Of a DNA stretch of 64,000 nucleotides, positions 50,316 through 62,191 are shown piece by piece (the first letter of the stretch is position 1; each line of letters opens with the position of its first letter). Source of the DNA: an uncultured Gemmatimonadales bacterium. Its GTDB lineage: Bacteria; Gemmatimonadota; Gemmatimonadetes; Palauibacterales; Palauibacteraceae. The translations under genes were made by a program, and so were the position numbers. The DNA lies in the NCBI GenBank assembly GCA_963783385.1, contig CAWANJ010000003.1, positions 96,001 through 160,000 on the forward strand. Direction: 5' to 3'. The notes below the pieces were generated by a model. The model saw only the letters and a program-made list of their open reading frames with translations, was not told the DNA's origin and ran no database searches.

Positions 50316-51167
50316 CTAGTCGAAGTGGAGAGGGTCTCTGAGGTTCTGTAACTCCCGGTAGTAGTAGAGGGGAGTCGGCCGCCTGTCCCTGAACGTCAGC
50401 CTCGCCAGAAAGGCGACCTCCTCCTCGGTCGCGGTGCCGCTGAGGGAAGGATCCTCGAGAAATGCCCGGAACCCTGGCTCCTCGGCCGGAGGTTGCCCCG
50501 GTTCCTGCTCGACGAACCCGAATCTCTTCACCGGCTCGGAGATGACACGGGGGTTCAGAACCACCTCGAGCGCGAACGTCTCGAGGTCGATGTCCCAGGA
50601 TTCGATCAGCGGGTCCAGAAAGGCGAGGCCGCTCTCAATGGACACGTGAAAGATGTCCGTGTCGAGAAATTCGAGAACGCTGACACGCATCTCTTCGTAG
50701 CTCAGTCCGCCGAGCCGAGCCACCCTGCGGAGCCACTGCTCGTCTTCCAGCTCATCCCTGGCGACTCCCCTGACCACGTCCAGCAGCTTCTGGGCGACCA
50801 GACGCTCGAGCTCACCGAAGGGCTGCCTCTCGAAGATCGCGCGCACCTGCTGTTCTTTCTCCGGATCGCACTTTTGGAGGATCGTCTCGCGGAACTCGCG
50901 GAACAGGGGGGCAGGCTCGTCGCCCAGCTGTCTCCTCAGCTCCTGCCTCCGCTGAGAATCCGCCAGCGTCGCCAGCTCCCCGTCCGGGAGCTTCAGGAAC
51001 TTCTCCATCTTCCCATAGATGTCGGTCCGGTGCGAAGCGGGCGGCGCCTTCTTGCGCGTCAGCAGTTGAGAAATGTAGGACTCCGTCACCTGGGCGGCTC
51101 GAGCGAGATCCTTCTGCTCCAGGTCCAGCTCCTCGAGGCGTTGTCGGATCACGGACGACACATCCAC
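50316..51167 (-). CDS. XRE-family HTH regulator with unrecognised C-terminal domain
   Basis: RLEELDLEQKDLARAAQVTESYISQLL; GGAGG RBS before GTG. Confidence 0.8.
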   Translation of the reverse strand: MDVSSVIRQRLEELDLEQKDLARAAQVTESYISQLLTRKKAPPASHRTDIYGKMEKFLKLPDGELATLADSQRRQELRRQLGDEPAPLFREFRETILQKCDPEKEQQVRAIFERQPFGELERLVAQKLLDVVRGVARDELEDEQWLRRVARLGGLSYEEMRVSVLEFLDTDIFHVSIESGLAFLDPLIESWDIDLETFALEVVLNPRVISEPVKRFGFVEQEPGQPPAEEPGFRAFLEDPSLSGTATEEEVAFLARLTFRDRRPTPLYYYRELQNLRDPLHFD

Positions 51168-51261
51168 GCGGTACCTCCCTCGGCCCCCCGGCCATGAGTT
51201 ACTTGTAATGGTTAAGTAGGAGGCTTATTTGCCGCAAGGTGTGCCTCGACTTGCTGTGTAC

Positions 51262-51290
51262 TTGACAAGTGAAGTATATCACCGTAGGTT
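51262..51290 (+). promoter_or_regulatory. Sigma70 promoter in AT-rich divergent intergenic region
   Basis: TTGACA-N17-TAGGTT. Confidence 0.6.
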
Positions 51291-51347
51291 GTAATCAAGT
51301 TAAATAAACATAGTTGATCATCGGCCACCTCAACCCAGGAGTCCACC

Positions 51348-51662
51348 ATGTTTGCCCGGAACGTCACCATGCATCTCAAGCCGAATACTTCCAAGGAGTT
51401 CACTCGGACGCTCGAGAACGACATCGTCCCCATGCTTCGGAAGCAGACAGGGTTTGCCGACGAGCTCACCTTCCTCGGGCCGGACGGCACGGAAGCCGTC
51501 GCGATCAGCCTGTGGGACAAAAAGGAGAGCGCTGAGACATATAGCCGCGAGGGCTACGCCAATGTGCTGAAGGGTCTGGCGAACGTCGTCGAGGGAACGC
51601 CGGTGGTTCGTAGCTACGAAGTGTCCAACTCGACCTTCCACAAGATCGCCGCGCGCAACTAA
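51348..51662 (+). CDS. Small ABM-like (dimeric alpha/beta barrel) protein
   Basis: AGGAG RBS; MFARNV..IVPMLRKQTGF..AISLWD..AETY..P.VRSYEV. Confidence 0.75.
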   Translation: MFARNVTMHLKPNTSKEFTRTLENDIVPMLRKQTGFADELTFLGPDGTEAVAISLWDKKESAETYSREGYANVLKGLANVVEGTPVVRSYEVSNSTFHKIAARN

Positions 51663-51686
51663 GGCCGAGCGATCTGTTCACGGGAG

Positions 51687-51713
51687 AGGGCGGCGTTCTT
51701 GCCGCCCTTTTTT
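51687..51713 (+). terminator. Rho-independent terminator
   Basis: AGGGCGGC-GTTCTT-GCCGCCCT followed by a T-run. Confidence 0.8.
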
Positions 51714-52000
51714 CGTTCCGGCCGGCTTTCTCACCCACGCCGACTTCGAGGACCGCGTCCCGCGGCTGCCACACCTTTGCCTGCGGCGTATCTCCGCGGA
51801 CGGCTGCCAGCTGCTGCAGGAGATAGATAGCTCGGGTCCGGTAGCGCACAGGGGCAGCCGGCGGTCCGGCGCCTCGTCGTGTCGAGGCCCGGCCGCCGGA
51901 AGGCATCCCCGACGCGGACCCACCGGATTCGGAGGGGCGGCCATGCTTCAACCGCGTCCGGTCGATCGCCGGGGTCAGCTCACGCGGAAGGAAGAAGAAG

Positions 52001-52073
52001 TGGAGCCGACCGGGATCGAACCGGTGACCTCCTGCTTGCAAAGCAGGCGCTCTCCCGACTGAGCTACGGCCCC
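52001..52073 (-). tRNA. tRNA-Ala(TGC), CCA not encoded
   Basis: GGGGCCGTAGCTCAGTCGGGAGAGCGCCTGCTTTGCAAGCAGGAGGTCACCGGTTCGATCCCGGTCGGCTCCA folds as a cloverleaf with G3-U70. Confidence 0.97.
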
Positions 52074-52388
52074 TCGAAGACCTCGCGCTCCACGGATACA
52101 CCCGGGCGGGGACGTTGGATCGCGGGTCGGGCCCGGCGGTCTCTCCGGGCGCCGGGGAAGCTAGTCCGGGCCCCGGCGACGGACAACCGGTCGCGTGGCC
52201 CCGTCGCTCTCCACCAAAGGTAGTCTCCACCCCGACCGTGGCCTTATCTTCATCGTTCCCCGAGCGGGTGGGGACGGCCCGTGCGCGGCCGGACCTTCCG
52301 GCGGTCTCGGGGCTACTCTCAGGCGTCCCGCGCCCGGCCGGCGCGGGGCCGCGGGCGGGCCGCGACCGAGCGACCAGGAAGGAAGCGG

Positions 52389-54524
<2,136 letters not shown>

Positions 54525-54597
54525 GGGATTTCGCCGGTCGAGGGAGGCGGGCCGGCGCTTCGCTCATCCCGGTGGCTCCACAACCCCCGCTCGCATG

Positions 54598-54617
54598 CTC
54601 TACTTGTACAAGTAGAG
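54598..54617. repeat. Perfect 20-bp palindrome between convergent genes
   Basis: CTCTACTTGTACAAGTAGAG is its own reverse complement. Confidence 0.8.
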
Positions 54618-54640
54618 GGCCCCGCGACAGCCTCCCGGGC

Positions 54641-56056
54641 CTACCTGCGGACAGGCAGCCCGCTCGGCACGGCGGCCGGGATCACGCCCCGGAGATCGCG
54701 GGCGCGGTCGTCGGTCAGGGCGCGCATGAACGCGGTCACCTCGCTCACGAAGGTGGCGTCGAAGTCCGCGGCCACGATGAAGGGCGAGCGGGCTGCAAGG
54801 ACGGCGTCCTGGTTGTCCACCAGGGTGCCTCTCAGCAGCGTCTCGGGGATGTCCGCGTCCGCGTAAGCGCGCAGCTTCTCGGCGTTCCGGCTGTAATGGT
54901 CGATGAAGTCGTCCAGGTGCGTGAACTGCCCGGCGTGCCCGTACGGGCCGGTCAGCTCCACGTTGCGCAGCGGCGAGGTCCGGAAGCGGTAGAGGTCGTC
55001 CGGATCCCCCGTTACGTTCAGGCGCCCGAAGTCGTCCTGCCCCGAAGGCCCGTTCCCTGCGCCCGGACCGAACTGGGCGAGCGCCACGTCGTGAAACTGG
55101 TCGTCGGAGAAGACCGGCCCGTTGTGGCAGGTCGAGCAGGGAGCCTCCATGAAGTCTAGCGCCCCCCGGAGCTGCTCAGCCGTCAGCGCGTCGTGGTCTC
55201 CCTCGAGAAACCGGTCCCAGGGCGCGTCATCGAAGGTGAACGCGTCGACGAGGAAGCCGGCGATGGCGTTGGCGGCGTGGGCGAACGTCATGTCCTCGAA
55301 TCGTCGGCCCGGATAGGCGGCTTCGAACATGCGGCGATATTCCGGAATCTTCCCGAGCCGCACCATGAGGGCCTTCCACACGTCCCGGAAGTTCCCGTCG
55401 GGCACGTCCCCGAGCTCGTTCTCGCCGGGCTGCCCCCGCATCTCGAGGCGATTCACCACCGGGAACATCGGCTGAGCGGACACGGCGCCGAACTCCAGCG
55501 CTCGCGTGATGTCTCGGGTGAGCTGGCTTCCGGCCGGCGTGTGGAACTTGCCCGCCCGGTCGACCTCCACCCGGCCGTCCAGGAACATGTGATCGAGTCT
55601 CGCGAGGTTGAAGAGCGGCGGAGCGTTGCGCGGGATGAAGGTCTGGTTCGGGTGCACCCGTGCGGGGCCCAGGCCCGTGGCCCCCGTCCCGATGGCCAGG
55701 CTCCGCCCGTCCCCGGTGGCCAGCTCCGGCAGGTGGCAGGTCATGCAGGAGATGTCGCGGTTCCCGCTCAGGATGGGGTCGAACGCGAGCGCACGACCCA
55801 GGGCGGCGAGCTCGGGCCGCACCCGGGGCGAGCGCGGCATGGGACCGATGCCGTGCCGGGCCGCGAGGGACCGGACCTCCGCGGCCAGGGTGCGGCCGCG
55901 CCGGGCGGTCGCCGGGGGTCCGGTCGGCGTGCTGGGGGGTGCGGTCGGTCCCGCATCGGAGCAGGCGGCCAGGAAGAGAAGCGCGAACGCCGCGGCGCCG
56001 ACCAGACCGGTTGCATGGCCCGGCCAGCCGGGATTCTGGGCGAGGTCTGACCTCAT
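54641..56056 (-). CDS. Diheme cytochrome c peroxidase / MauG-superfamily lipoprotein
   Basis: Lipobox LAAC; LGRALAFDPILSGN; CMTCH; RNAPPLFN; CSTCH; FRTSPLRNV..PYGHAG. Confidence 0.9.
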   Translation of the reverse strand: MRSDLAQNPGWPGHATGLVGAAAFALLFLAACSDAGPTAPPSTPTGPPATARRGRTLAAEVRSLAARHGIGPMPRSPRVRPELAALGRALAFDPILSGNRDISCMTCHLPELATGDGRSLAIGTGATGLGPARVHPNQTFIPRNAPPLFNLARLDHMFLDGRVEVDRAGKFHTPAGSQLTRDITRALEFGAVSAQPMFPVVNRLEMRGQPGENELGDVPDGNFRDVWKALMVRLGKIPEYRRMFEAAYPGRRFEDMTFAHAANAIAGFLVDAFTFDDAPWDRFLEGDHDALTAEQLRGALDFMEAPCSTCHNGPVFSDDQFHDVALAQFGPGAGNGPSGQDDFGRLNVTGDPDDLYRFRTSPLRNVELTGPYGHAGQFTHLDDFIDHYSRNAEKLRAYADADIPETLLRGTLVDNQDAVLAARSPFIVAADFDATFVSEVTAFMRALTDDRARDLRGVIPAAVPSGLPVRR

Positions 56057-56218
56057 GGTCCTGGCCTCCTGACGTGGGCGACCGGGCTCGCTCGCGGCGC
56101 CTCCGCGAATGGGGCCGGCACGCGATCGATCGCGGACGCCGTAGTGTGCGAAGACACGGCGGGGCGGCAGGTGCCTGCCGCCCCTCGCGCGCTCCCGGCC
56201 GATCCGTGCGTCACGGGC

Positions 56219-56869
56219 TCAGTACGGTGAGTTCTCGCAGAGTGGAACGGCGGAGTTCCAGTTCGAGAACATGCCGTCCGGGTTGTGCTCCCACAGCCAG
56301 ATGTGGAACATCCAGCCGCCGAAGCGTGAGGGCGCGAATGCGATCGGGGGGTCGATCGCCAGTCCCATGTCTTCCGAGGTGGGCGCGGTCCCGCCCTCGG
56401 GCCACGTGTCGCTGTAGGGGATGAAGTAGTCGAACGCGGCGAGCCGGGCCCGCGGGTTACCCTGCGAATCCTCGCGCGGACCGCCCTCGACCGGGGCGTA
56501 GACCAGAAGCTCCGGTGTCCGGTAGTCGACCTCGTCGTCGAGTCCCACGGCACCCGCATAGTGGTAGCCCATGCCACCGGCGGTCGCGTCCGACACGCAG
56601 CCGTCGGGCGAAGTTAATCCCTCGATGACGACCAGGCCCGGGTAGTCCTCCATCGCGGCGTCCAGGTCGTGGTACTTCGCGGTGGACTTCTTCAGCTCGC
56701 TGAGCTGCCGGGCCAGCTGCGGGTTCGCCGCCGTGGGAGAGGCGTCGACCTTCACGCCCGCCACCGCGGGGGCAGCGAGGCTCGGGGCCTGCTCGTTGCA
56801 CGCGGCGAGCACGCCCGCGGCGGCGCCTGTCAGGACCAGGAACCCAATGGGCCAGTGCCGGATCTTCAT
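56219..56869 (-). CDS. Hypothetical lipoprotein with GMGYHY and HIWLW..NPDG.F motifs
   Basis: GGAG RBS; lipobox LAAC; motifs TAKYHD, C..GGMGYHY, PELLVY, HIWLWEHNPDGMF, terminal Cys. Confidence 0.8.
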   Translation of the reverse strand: MKIRHWPIGFLVLTGAAAGVLAACNEQAPSLAAPAVAGVKVDASPTAANPQLARQLSELKKSTAKYHDLDAAMEDYPGLVVIEGLTSPDGCVSDATAGGMGYHYAGAVGLDDEVDYRTPELLVYAPVEGGPREDSQGNPRARLAAFDYFIPYSDTWPEGGTAPTSEDMGLAIDPPIAFAPSRFGGWMFHIWLWEHNPDGMFSNWNSAVPLCENSPY

Positions 56870-57166
56870 GATGTTCTCCCCTCCTCTGGGTGGGTCGGAT
56901 ACCGAAGGCATCCGACGGGATCGCCGCCGGCGGCTCGCGGGCCAGGGTTCGGAGTGCGCGGTCGCGGCGGCGTCATCGTCTGTCCCGGGGGCCGGTGAAA
57001 GCCGTCCGGACGGAATCGCGGAAGTCTGTACAGGCCCGACCGAATTTCGTAAATTGTCAAACGCCCTAACGGGAGGCCGATTGGGCCGGCCCGGAGCCAG
57101 CGTGCAGGAGCGCCACCGGGCGGCGCGTCTCGCCTCTCACTTCCCGTTACGTAAGGCGACGTCGAA

Positions 57167-57800
57167 TTGGCTCATCGTCCTGACGGCCGGCTCCGCCTGA
57201 ACCGTGGCGGCGAGGCTTCCGTGGCCAGGCTGCTCGACGCCTCTATGTCCGGTAGCGCGGCGGCCTTCGACCGGCTGTTCGAGGTGGTGTACGACGAACT
57301 TCGTGACCGCGCCCGCGCCCAGCGCCTGCGGTGGCGGGGTCAGGAGACGCTCGAACACAACGGCGCTCGTCCACGAGACGTACATCAAGCTCGCCGGGGC
57401 GGGGGACGCCGACTGGGAGAGCCGGGCCCACTTTCTGGCGATCGCCTCGCGGGCCATGCGGCAGGTGCTGGTCGACTACGCACGCCGACAGACCGCGGCC
57501 AAGCGCGGTGGCGATCGGCGGCCGGTGTCGCTGGAGGAGATCATGATCGAGCCTGGACGGAGCGCTTCCGGCGACCGTTCGGAGGCCGTGCTCGCCCTGG
57601 AGGCGGCACTCGCCAGACTCGAGGAGGAAAACCCTCGCCACGGACGGATCGTGGAGTGCCGTTTCTTCGGCGGAATGACGATCCGGGAGACGGCCGCCGC
57701 CCTGGGCGTCTCCGCGGCGACGGTCAAGCGGAGTTGGGCGGTCGCCCAGGCCTGGCTCTACCGGGACATCAGGAACCATCTGCGAGGCTCTGAGGCCTAG
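57167..57800 (+). CDS. ECF sigma factor, ECF43/TIGR02999 type (frameshift near 57353)
   Basis: LFEVVYDELR..ETL joins NTTALVHETY, RAHF..MRQVLVDYAR..AAKRGG, VECRFFGG. Confidence 0.85.
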
Positions 57801-57804
57801 AACA

Positions 57805-60414
57805 GTGCCGGACGTGCCCCTGGGGACCCTGGAGGAGCTGTTTGAACGGGCGCGCGGCCTCCCGGCCGGCGAGCGCGCGGCGTTCGTGGCCTCCTGCTCG
57901 GACGATCCCGGCGTGCGCGTGGAGCTCGCGTCGCTGTTGGACGCAGCCGAGGAGGCGTCGGCCTTCTTCGAGGCACTGGCGACATCGCTGATCCCGTCGG
58001 CCGCGCGGCCCGCATCGGTGGGGATGGACGGAGCGGGCGGCCAGGAGGCCGGGAGCCCGCGCGTGGTGGGCCACTACCGGATCGAACAGCTGCTCGGAGC
58101 CGGCGGGATGGGGGTCGTGTACCGGGCGGTGGACACTCGGCTCGGCCGGGAGGTCGCACTCAAGTTTCTCCCCCACCACCTGGGAAGGGACGACCGGGCT
58201 CGCCAACGCTTCCTGGCCGAGGCCCAGGTGGCCGCCGCTCTCGACCACCCCAATGTGTGCGCGCTGCACGAGATCGGCGAGGACGCGGAGGGCAGGGTGT
58301 TCATCGCCATGGGCTATTACGGAGGCGAGACCCTGGACCGCGTCCTCGAGAGGAGGCGTCCCGCGGTCGAGGAGGCCCTGGGATGGGCGCGGCAGATCGC
58401 CTCCGCCCTGCAGGCCGTCCACGCCCGTGGGGTCGTCCACCGGGACATCAAGCCCGGCAATGTCCTCCTCGCAGCGTGCGGCACGGTGAAGCTGCTCGAC
58501 TTCGGGCTGGCCAAGCTGGGCGACGCGACGCTTACCGAGGCGGGCAAGCGGCTCGGCACCGTGGCCTATATGTCGCCGGAGCAGTCGCGCGGCGGGAACG
58601 TGGGGGCCGAGACCGACCTGTGGTCGTTGGGCGTGGTCCTGTACGAGATGCTCACGGGGCGGCGGCCGTTCGGTGGCGGGAACGCGGCCGTCATCCTCGA
58701 GGAGATCCGGCACGGTCGGCCAGCGCCCCCGTCCTCCCTCAGGGACGATCTTCCGGCGGGCCTCGACGAGCTGGTCCTGGGGCTGCTGAGCCCCGACCCG
58801 GCCGCGCGCCGTGGTCCGTTCCGGGCGCTGCTCGGGGAGGAGGGGCGGGTCGGAGCGGGCGCGACGGCGGGGTCTGCGCGCCGGTGGCGATGGGCGGCCG
58901 TGGCCGGGGCGTCCGCCGCGGCCCTGGTCGCGGCCGGCTGGCTCCTCCACGGGAGGCTCGCCGGGCCGGACCTGCCCGAGATTCGCAGGCTTGCCGTGCT
59001 TCCGCTCGCGGATTCCACGCACGCTGCGGAGCAGCACTACCTCGTGGAGGGTCTTCACCAGGCGATGATCGAGGATCTGACGCGAAGCGGAGCCGTCACC
59101 GTGAGTCCGTCCGATGCCGTGGAGCCTTACCGGGACAGCCACCGCCCGCCGCGCCAGATCGCCCGGGAGCTGGGCGTCGACGCGGTTGTCGAGGGCTCGG
59201 TCTGGAACCGCGGCGACAGCCTCGGCGTGGAGATGCGGCTGCTCCGGGGGGATTCCGCTGCTCCGGTCTGGGCGGGCCGCTACGGCGGCTCGGCCCGCGG
59301 GGAGATCCTGGCGCTCCCGTCCCGGGTCGCGGCGGGCATCGTGGAAGCGGTGGGGGCCGAGCGCACCGGTCCGGCGCACCGTGGAGCGCAAGCGGCCGCG
59401 GGCTCCGAGCCCCGTGCGGAGCGCGCCTACCTGAGGGGGATGTACGAGTTCCGGCGCCAGAAAGACCAGGACCTGTCCGACTCGACCGAGCAAACCCGGT
59501 ACCTCCGGGAGGCGATTCGCGACTTCAAGGAGGCCGCGATGATCGAGCCGGACTGGGCGGCGGCGCACGCCTGGCTGGCGCGGGCCTATCACTGGCTGGC
59601 CAGCGGCCTCTCGTGGGCCGACTCGAGTGGAGACTACTTCGAGCTCTCGAAAGCGGAGGCGCTCCGGGCCGTGAGCCTGGACGAGTCCGAGGCGCAGGGA
59701 TTCGCGTCCCTGGGGTTCGACCTCTTCGCCTACGAGCACGACTGGGTGCAGGCGGAACGGGCCCTGCGGCGGGCGATCGAGCTGGAGCCGACCTCGGACA
59801 ACCACTGGACCTACGCGTACTACCTCCTGGTGGTGGGCCGCTTCGCGGAGTCGATCGAACACTTCGAGGAAGCCAAGAGGAGGGACCCCATCTCCACGCT
59901 ACTGAGGTGGCAGGAGGGGCGTACGTACGCCTGCGCCGGTCGCTACGATGAGGCCATCGCTCAGTTCGAGAGTCTTCGACGGTGGGGCCAACCGGAGGGC
60001 GAGGTGGGGCGAATCTCCATGGCCTACGCCTACGCTCACGCCGGCCGGTATCGCGAGGCGATCGCAGTGCTCGAAGACGGCATCGTCCGCACCGACAGCG
60101 CCTTCCAGTACGTGGCCAGCCTGGCGTACGTCGAGGCCAGGGCGGGAGACGTCGGGAAGGCGCGAACACTCATACGCCGGCTCGACGAGAGGTCCGCGGG
60201 CTGGGAACGGAAATTCCCCGAGACGCTAGCGGCGGTGGGCGAGCTCGATCGGGCAGCCACCGCATGGCAGCAGACCATCGAGCACGATTGGGCCCAGCCG
60301 GCGCTGATGCGCTGTTGGCCGGCCTATCCCTATCTGCGGGACGACCCCCGCATCCAGAGGGTCGAGCGGAGCATGCACTTTCCGGCGCCGTCTTCGCCGG
60401 ACCGTCGGCGCTGA
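57805..60414 (+). CDS. Membrane Ser/Thr kinase with TolB-N-like and TPR domains
   Basis: LGAGGMGVVY, VALK, HRDIKPGN, DFGLA, GTVAYMSPEQ; TM; LAVLPL; TPRs; LRDDPR tail. Confidence 0.92.
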   Translation: MPDVPLGTLEELFERARGLPAGERAAFVASCSDDPGVRVELASLLDAAEEASAFFEALATSLIPSAARPASVGMDGAGGQEAGSPRVVGHYRIEQLLGAGGMGVVYRAVDTRLGREVALKFLPHHLGRDDRARQRFLAEAQVAAALDHPNVCALHEIGEDAEGRVFIAMGYYGGETLDRVLERRRPAVEEALGWARQIASALQAVHARGVVHRDIKPGNVLLAACGTVKLLDFGLAKLGDATLTEAGKRLGTVAYMSPEQSRGGNVGAETDLWSLGVVLYEMLTGRRPFGGGNAAVILEEIRHGRPAPPSSLRDDLPAGLDELVLGLLSPDPAARRGPFRALLGEEGRVGAGATAGSARRWRWAAVAGASAAALVAAGWLLHGRLAGPDLPEIRRLAVLPLADSTHAAEQHYLVEGLHQAMIEDLTRSGAVTVSPSDAVEPYRDSHRPPRQIARELGVDAVVEGSVWNRGDSLGVEMRLLRGDSAAPVWAGRYGGSARGEILALPSRVAAGIVEAVGAERTGPAHRGAQAAAGSEPRAERAYLRGMYEFRRQKDQDLSDSTEQTRYLREAIRDFKEAAMIEPDWAAAHAWLARAYHWLASGLSWADSSGDYFELSKAEALRAVSLDESEAQGFASLGFDLFAYEHDWVQAERALRRAIELEPTSDNHWTYAYYLLVVGRFAESIEHFEEAKRRDPISTLLRWQEGRTYACAGRYDEAIAQFESLRRWGQPEGEVGRISMAYAYAHAGRYREAIAVLEDGIVRTDSAFQYVASLAYVEARAGDVGKARTLIRRLDERSAGWERKFPETLAAVGELDRAATAWQQTIEHDWAQPALMRCWPAYPYLRDDPRIQRVERSMHFPAPSSPDRRR

Positions 60415-60444
60415 CGGCGGGGCCGGTCGCCGGCGGGAGGCGTG

Positions 60445-60759
60445 CTATCGACGGCCCGTGTCACCTCCGTCGCCCGACCCGCGACCGGTCTCCTCTCGCC
60501 TCCGCCACTTCCGGATATCCCGCACCAGCTCCCGTCGCCCGACACCCGGTCCTCCCAGCTCCAGAGACCAGCCGTGCAGGTCGAAGTGGGGGAGCGTGTG
60601 CTTGCGGTCGATCCAGTCGGACCTGAGCCCGTGCTCCCGCCCCCAGGCCACCAGCTCCTCCAGCGACGTATCGCTGTAGGCGTGGCACAGCGGGTCTTCC
60701 TTCGCGATGTCCGCGTGGGGGACGTCCTTGGGCGCAGTGTGGTAGTGGAACTTGATCAC
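60445..60759 (-). CDS. DUF4031-like protein
   Basis: CHAYSD.SLEEL..G...GL..DWI...PHFDL; probable GTG start at 60759. Confidence 0.6.
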   Translation of the reverse strand: MIKFHYHTAPKDVPHADIAKEDPLCHAYSDTSLEELVAWGREHGLRSDWIDRKHTLPHFDLHGWSLELGGPGVGRRELVRDIRKWRRREETGRGSGDGGDTGRR

Positions 60760-60943
60760 GCGGGACGTTAGCCGGCGGGCCGCCCGGCCGCGAACTCCCT
60801 TTCTCTCTTCCGCGGCCAACCCCTAACTTGAATCTCACCGTGCCATGCGGCCCGCGCTGGATGTCGGTCGTCCGGGCCGAGAGGGGTCGCGACCCCTTCC
60901 GCGTTCCCCGCCAGGCCACCACTCGCTCGCTCCGGAGGCGGTC

Positions 60944-62191
60944 ATGGAGTCCTTCAAGGCGGTATTCCTCACCGTGGTCGTGGCGGTCGCGCTCGTGGTC
61001 GTGGCGGTCCTCTTCCACATGAAACGCCCGTCGTTGGAGAAGGCGCAGCCGACCCCCTCCCTGGTCCGGGCCACGGGCAAGTGCGCCTCCTGCCACGAGG
61101 AGGAGACGGGCGCCATCGTGGCCGAGTACCGGAAGAGCCGCCATGCGCAGCGCGGCGTGACCTGCCTGGACTGCCACGCCCCGGCCCCGGGCCAGGACTC
61201 CCTGGCCCATCGCGGGTTCACGATCGCCACGAAGCTGACGGCCAAGAACTGCGCCGGCTGTCACGCGGACGAGTACCGGCAGTTCCTCCGGAGCCGGCAC
61301 GCGGCGCCCGCCTTCGCCGCCATCCACGGGGCGGCGTCCTTCACGAAGGAGGAGGTCGACTTCGCCGAGCGCTTCCATCCGGGTGCGGTCAAGCGGCCGC
61401 CCAACGCGCTCGCGGCCCTGGAGGGGGACACGGCCATCCAGTCGGGCTGCGAGTCGTGCCACTCGATCGGCCGTCCCAACCCGGACGGCTCCGTCGGCAC
61501 CTGCACGGACTGCCACGCGCGCCACGCCACCTCGGTGGCCCTGGCTCGTCGGCCGCGCACCTGCGGCCAGTGCCACATGGGCCCGGACCACTCTCAGATC
61601 GAGATCTACGAGGAGTCCAAGCACGGCGTCCTGTTCGAGGCGCAGCAGGACCAGATGAACCTGTCGGCCGACCCCGCCCGGCTCACCACGGCTGACATGC
61701 CGGTCCCGACCTGCGCCACCTGCCACATGAGCGGCCTCGACAACCTGAACGTGACCCATGACGTGACCGAGCGCCTATCCTGGTGGCTGTTCGCGCCGGT
61801 CTCCAAGAAGCGGCCGACCTACGAGCAGGGCCAGGCCGAGATGCAGAGGCTGTGCGACAACTGCCATACGGACGCCCACACGAAGGCGTTCTACGCGCGC
61901 GCCGAGAAGATCGTGGCCTCGACCAACTCGCGCATCGCGGAGGCCACGGCGCTCATGGACTCGCTGCGCTCCGAGGGCCTCCTCACCCCGAAGCCGTTCG
62001 ATGAGCCGATCGAGTTCACGTACTTCGACCTGTGGCACTACTACGGGCGCACGGCCAAGCACGGCGCCTTCATGGGCGGGGCGGACTTCGTCCAGTGGCA
62101 CGGGAACTACGAGCTCCTGAACAAGATGACGGACCTCCGGGCCGACGCCCGCCACCTGCGGGAAGAGCACGCCGCCGCGAGCGGACGGTGA
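60944..62191 (+). CDS. Octaheme cytochrome c, hydroxylamine oxidoreductase (HAO) family
   Basis: Eight CxxCH motifs; TCGQCHMGPDHSQIEIYEESKHG; N-terminal TM anchor; GGAGG RBS. Confidence 0.88.
   Translation: MESFKAVFLTVVVAVALVVVAVLFHMKRPSLEKAQPTPSLVRATGKCASCHEEETGAIVAEYRKSRHAQRGVTCLDCHAPAPGQDSLAHRGFTIATKLTAKNCAGCHADEYRQFLRSRHAAPAFAAIHGAASFTKEEVDFAERFHPGAVKRPPNALAALEGDTAIQSGCESCHSIGRPNPDGSVGTCTDCHARHATSVALARRPRTCGQCHMGPDHSQIEIYEESKHGVLFEAQQDQMNLSADPARLTTADMPVPTCATCHMSGLDNLNVTHDVTERLSWWLFAPVSKKRPTYEQGQAEMQRLCDNCHTDAHTKAFYARAEKIVASTNSRIAEATALMDSLRSEGLLTPKPFDEPIEFTYFDLWHYYGRTAKHGAFMGGADFVQWHGNYELLNKMTDLRADARHLREEHAAASGR

Noticed and set aside
51700-52073. Integrative element at tRNA-Ala
   Set aside because: No integrase and no duplicated tRNA 3' end found in the window
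56219-56869. Assignment as MbnP because of a WxW motif next to a diheme enzyme
   Set aside because: The surrounding sequence does not resemble MbnP as I recall it; kept only as an analogy
57340-57365. Programmed ribosomal frameshift in the ECF gene
   Set aside because: No slippery heptamer or homopolymer; similar indels occur in unrelated genes, so sequencing error is more likely
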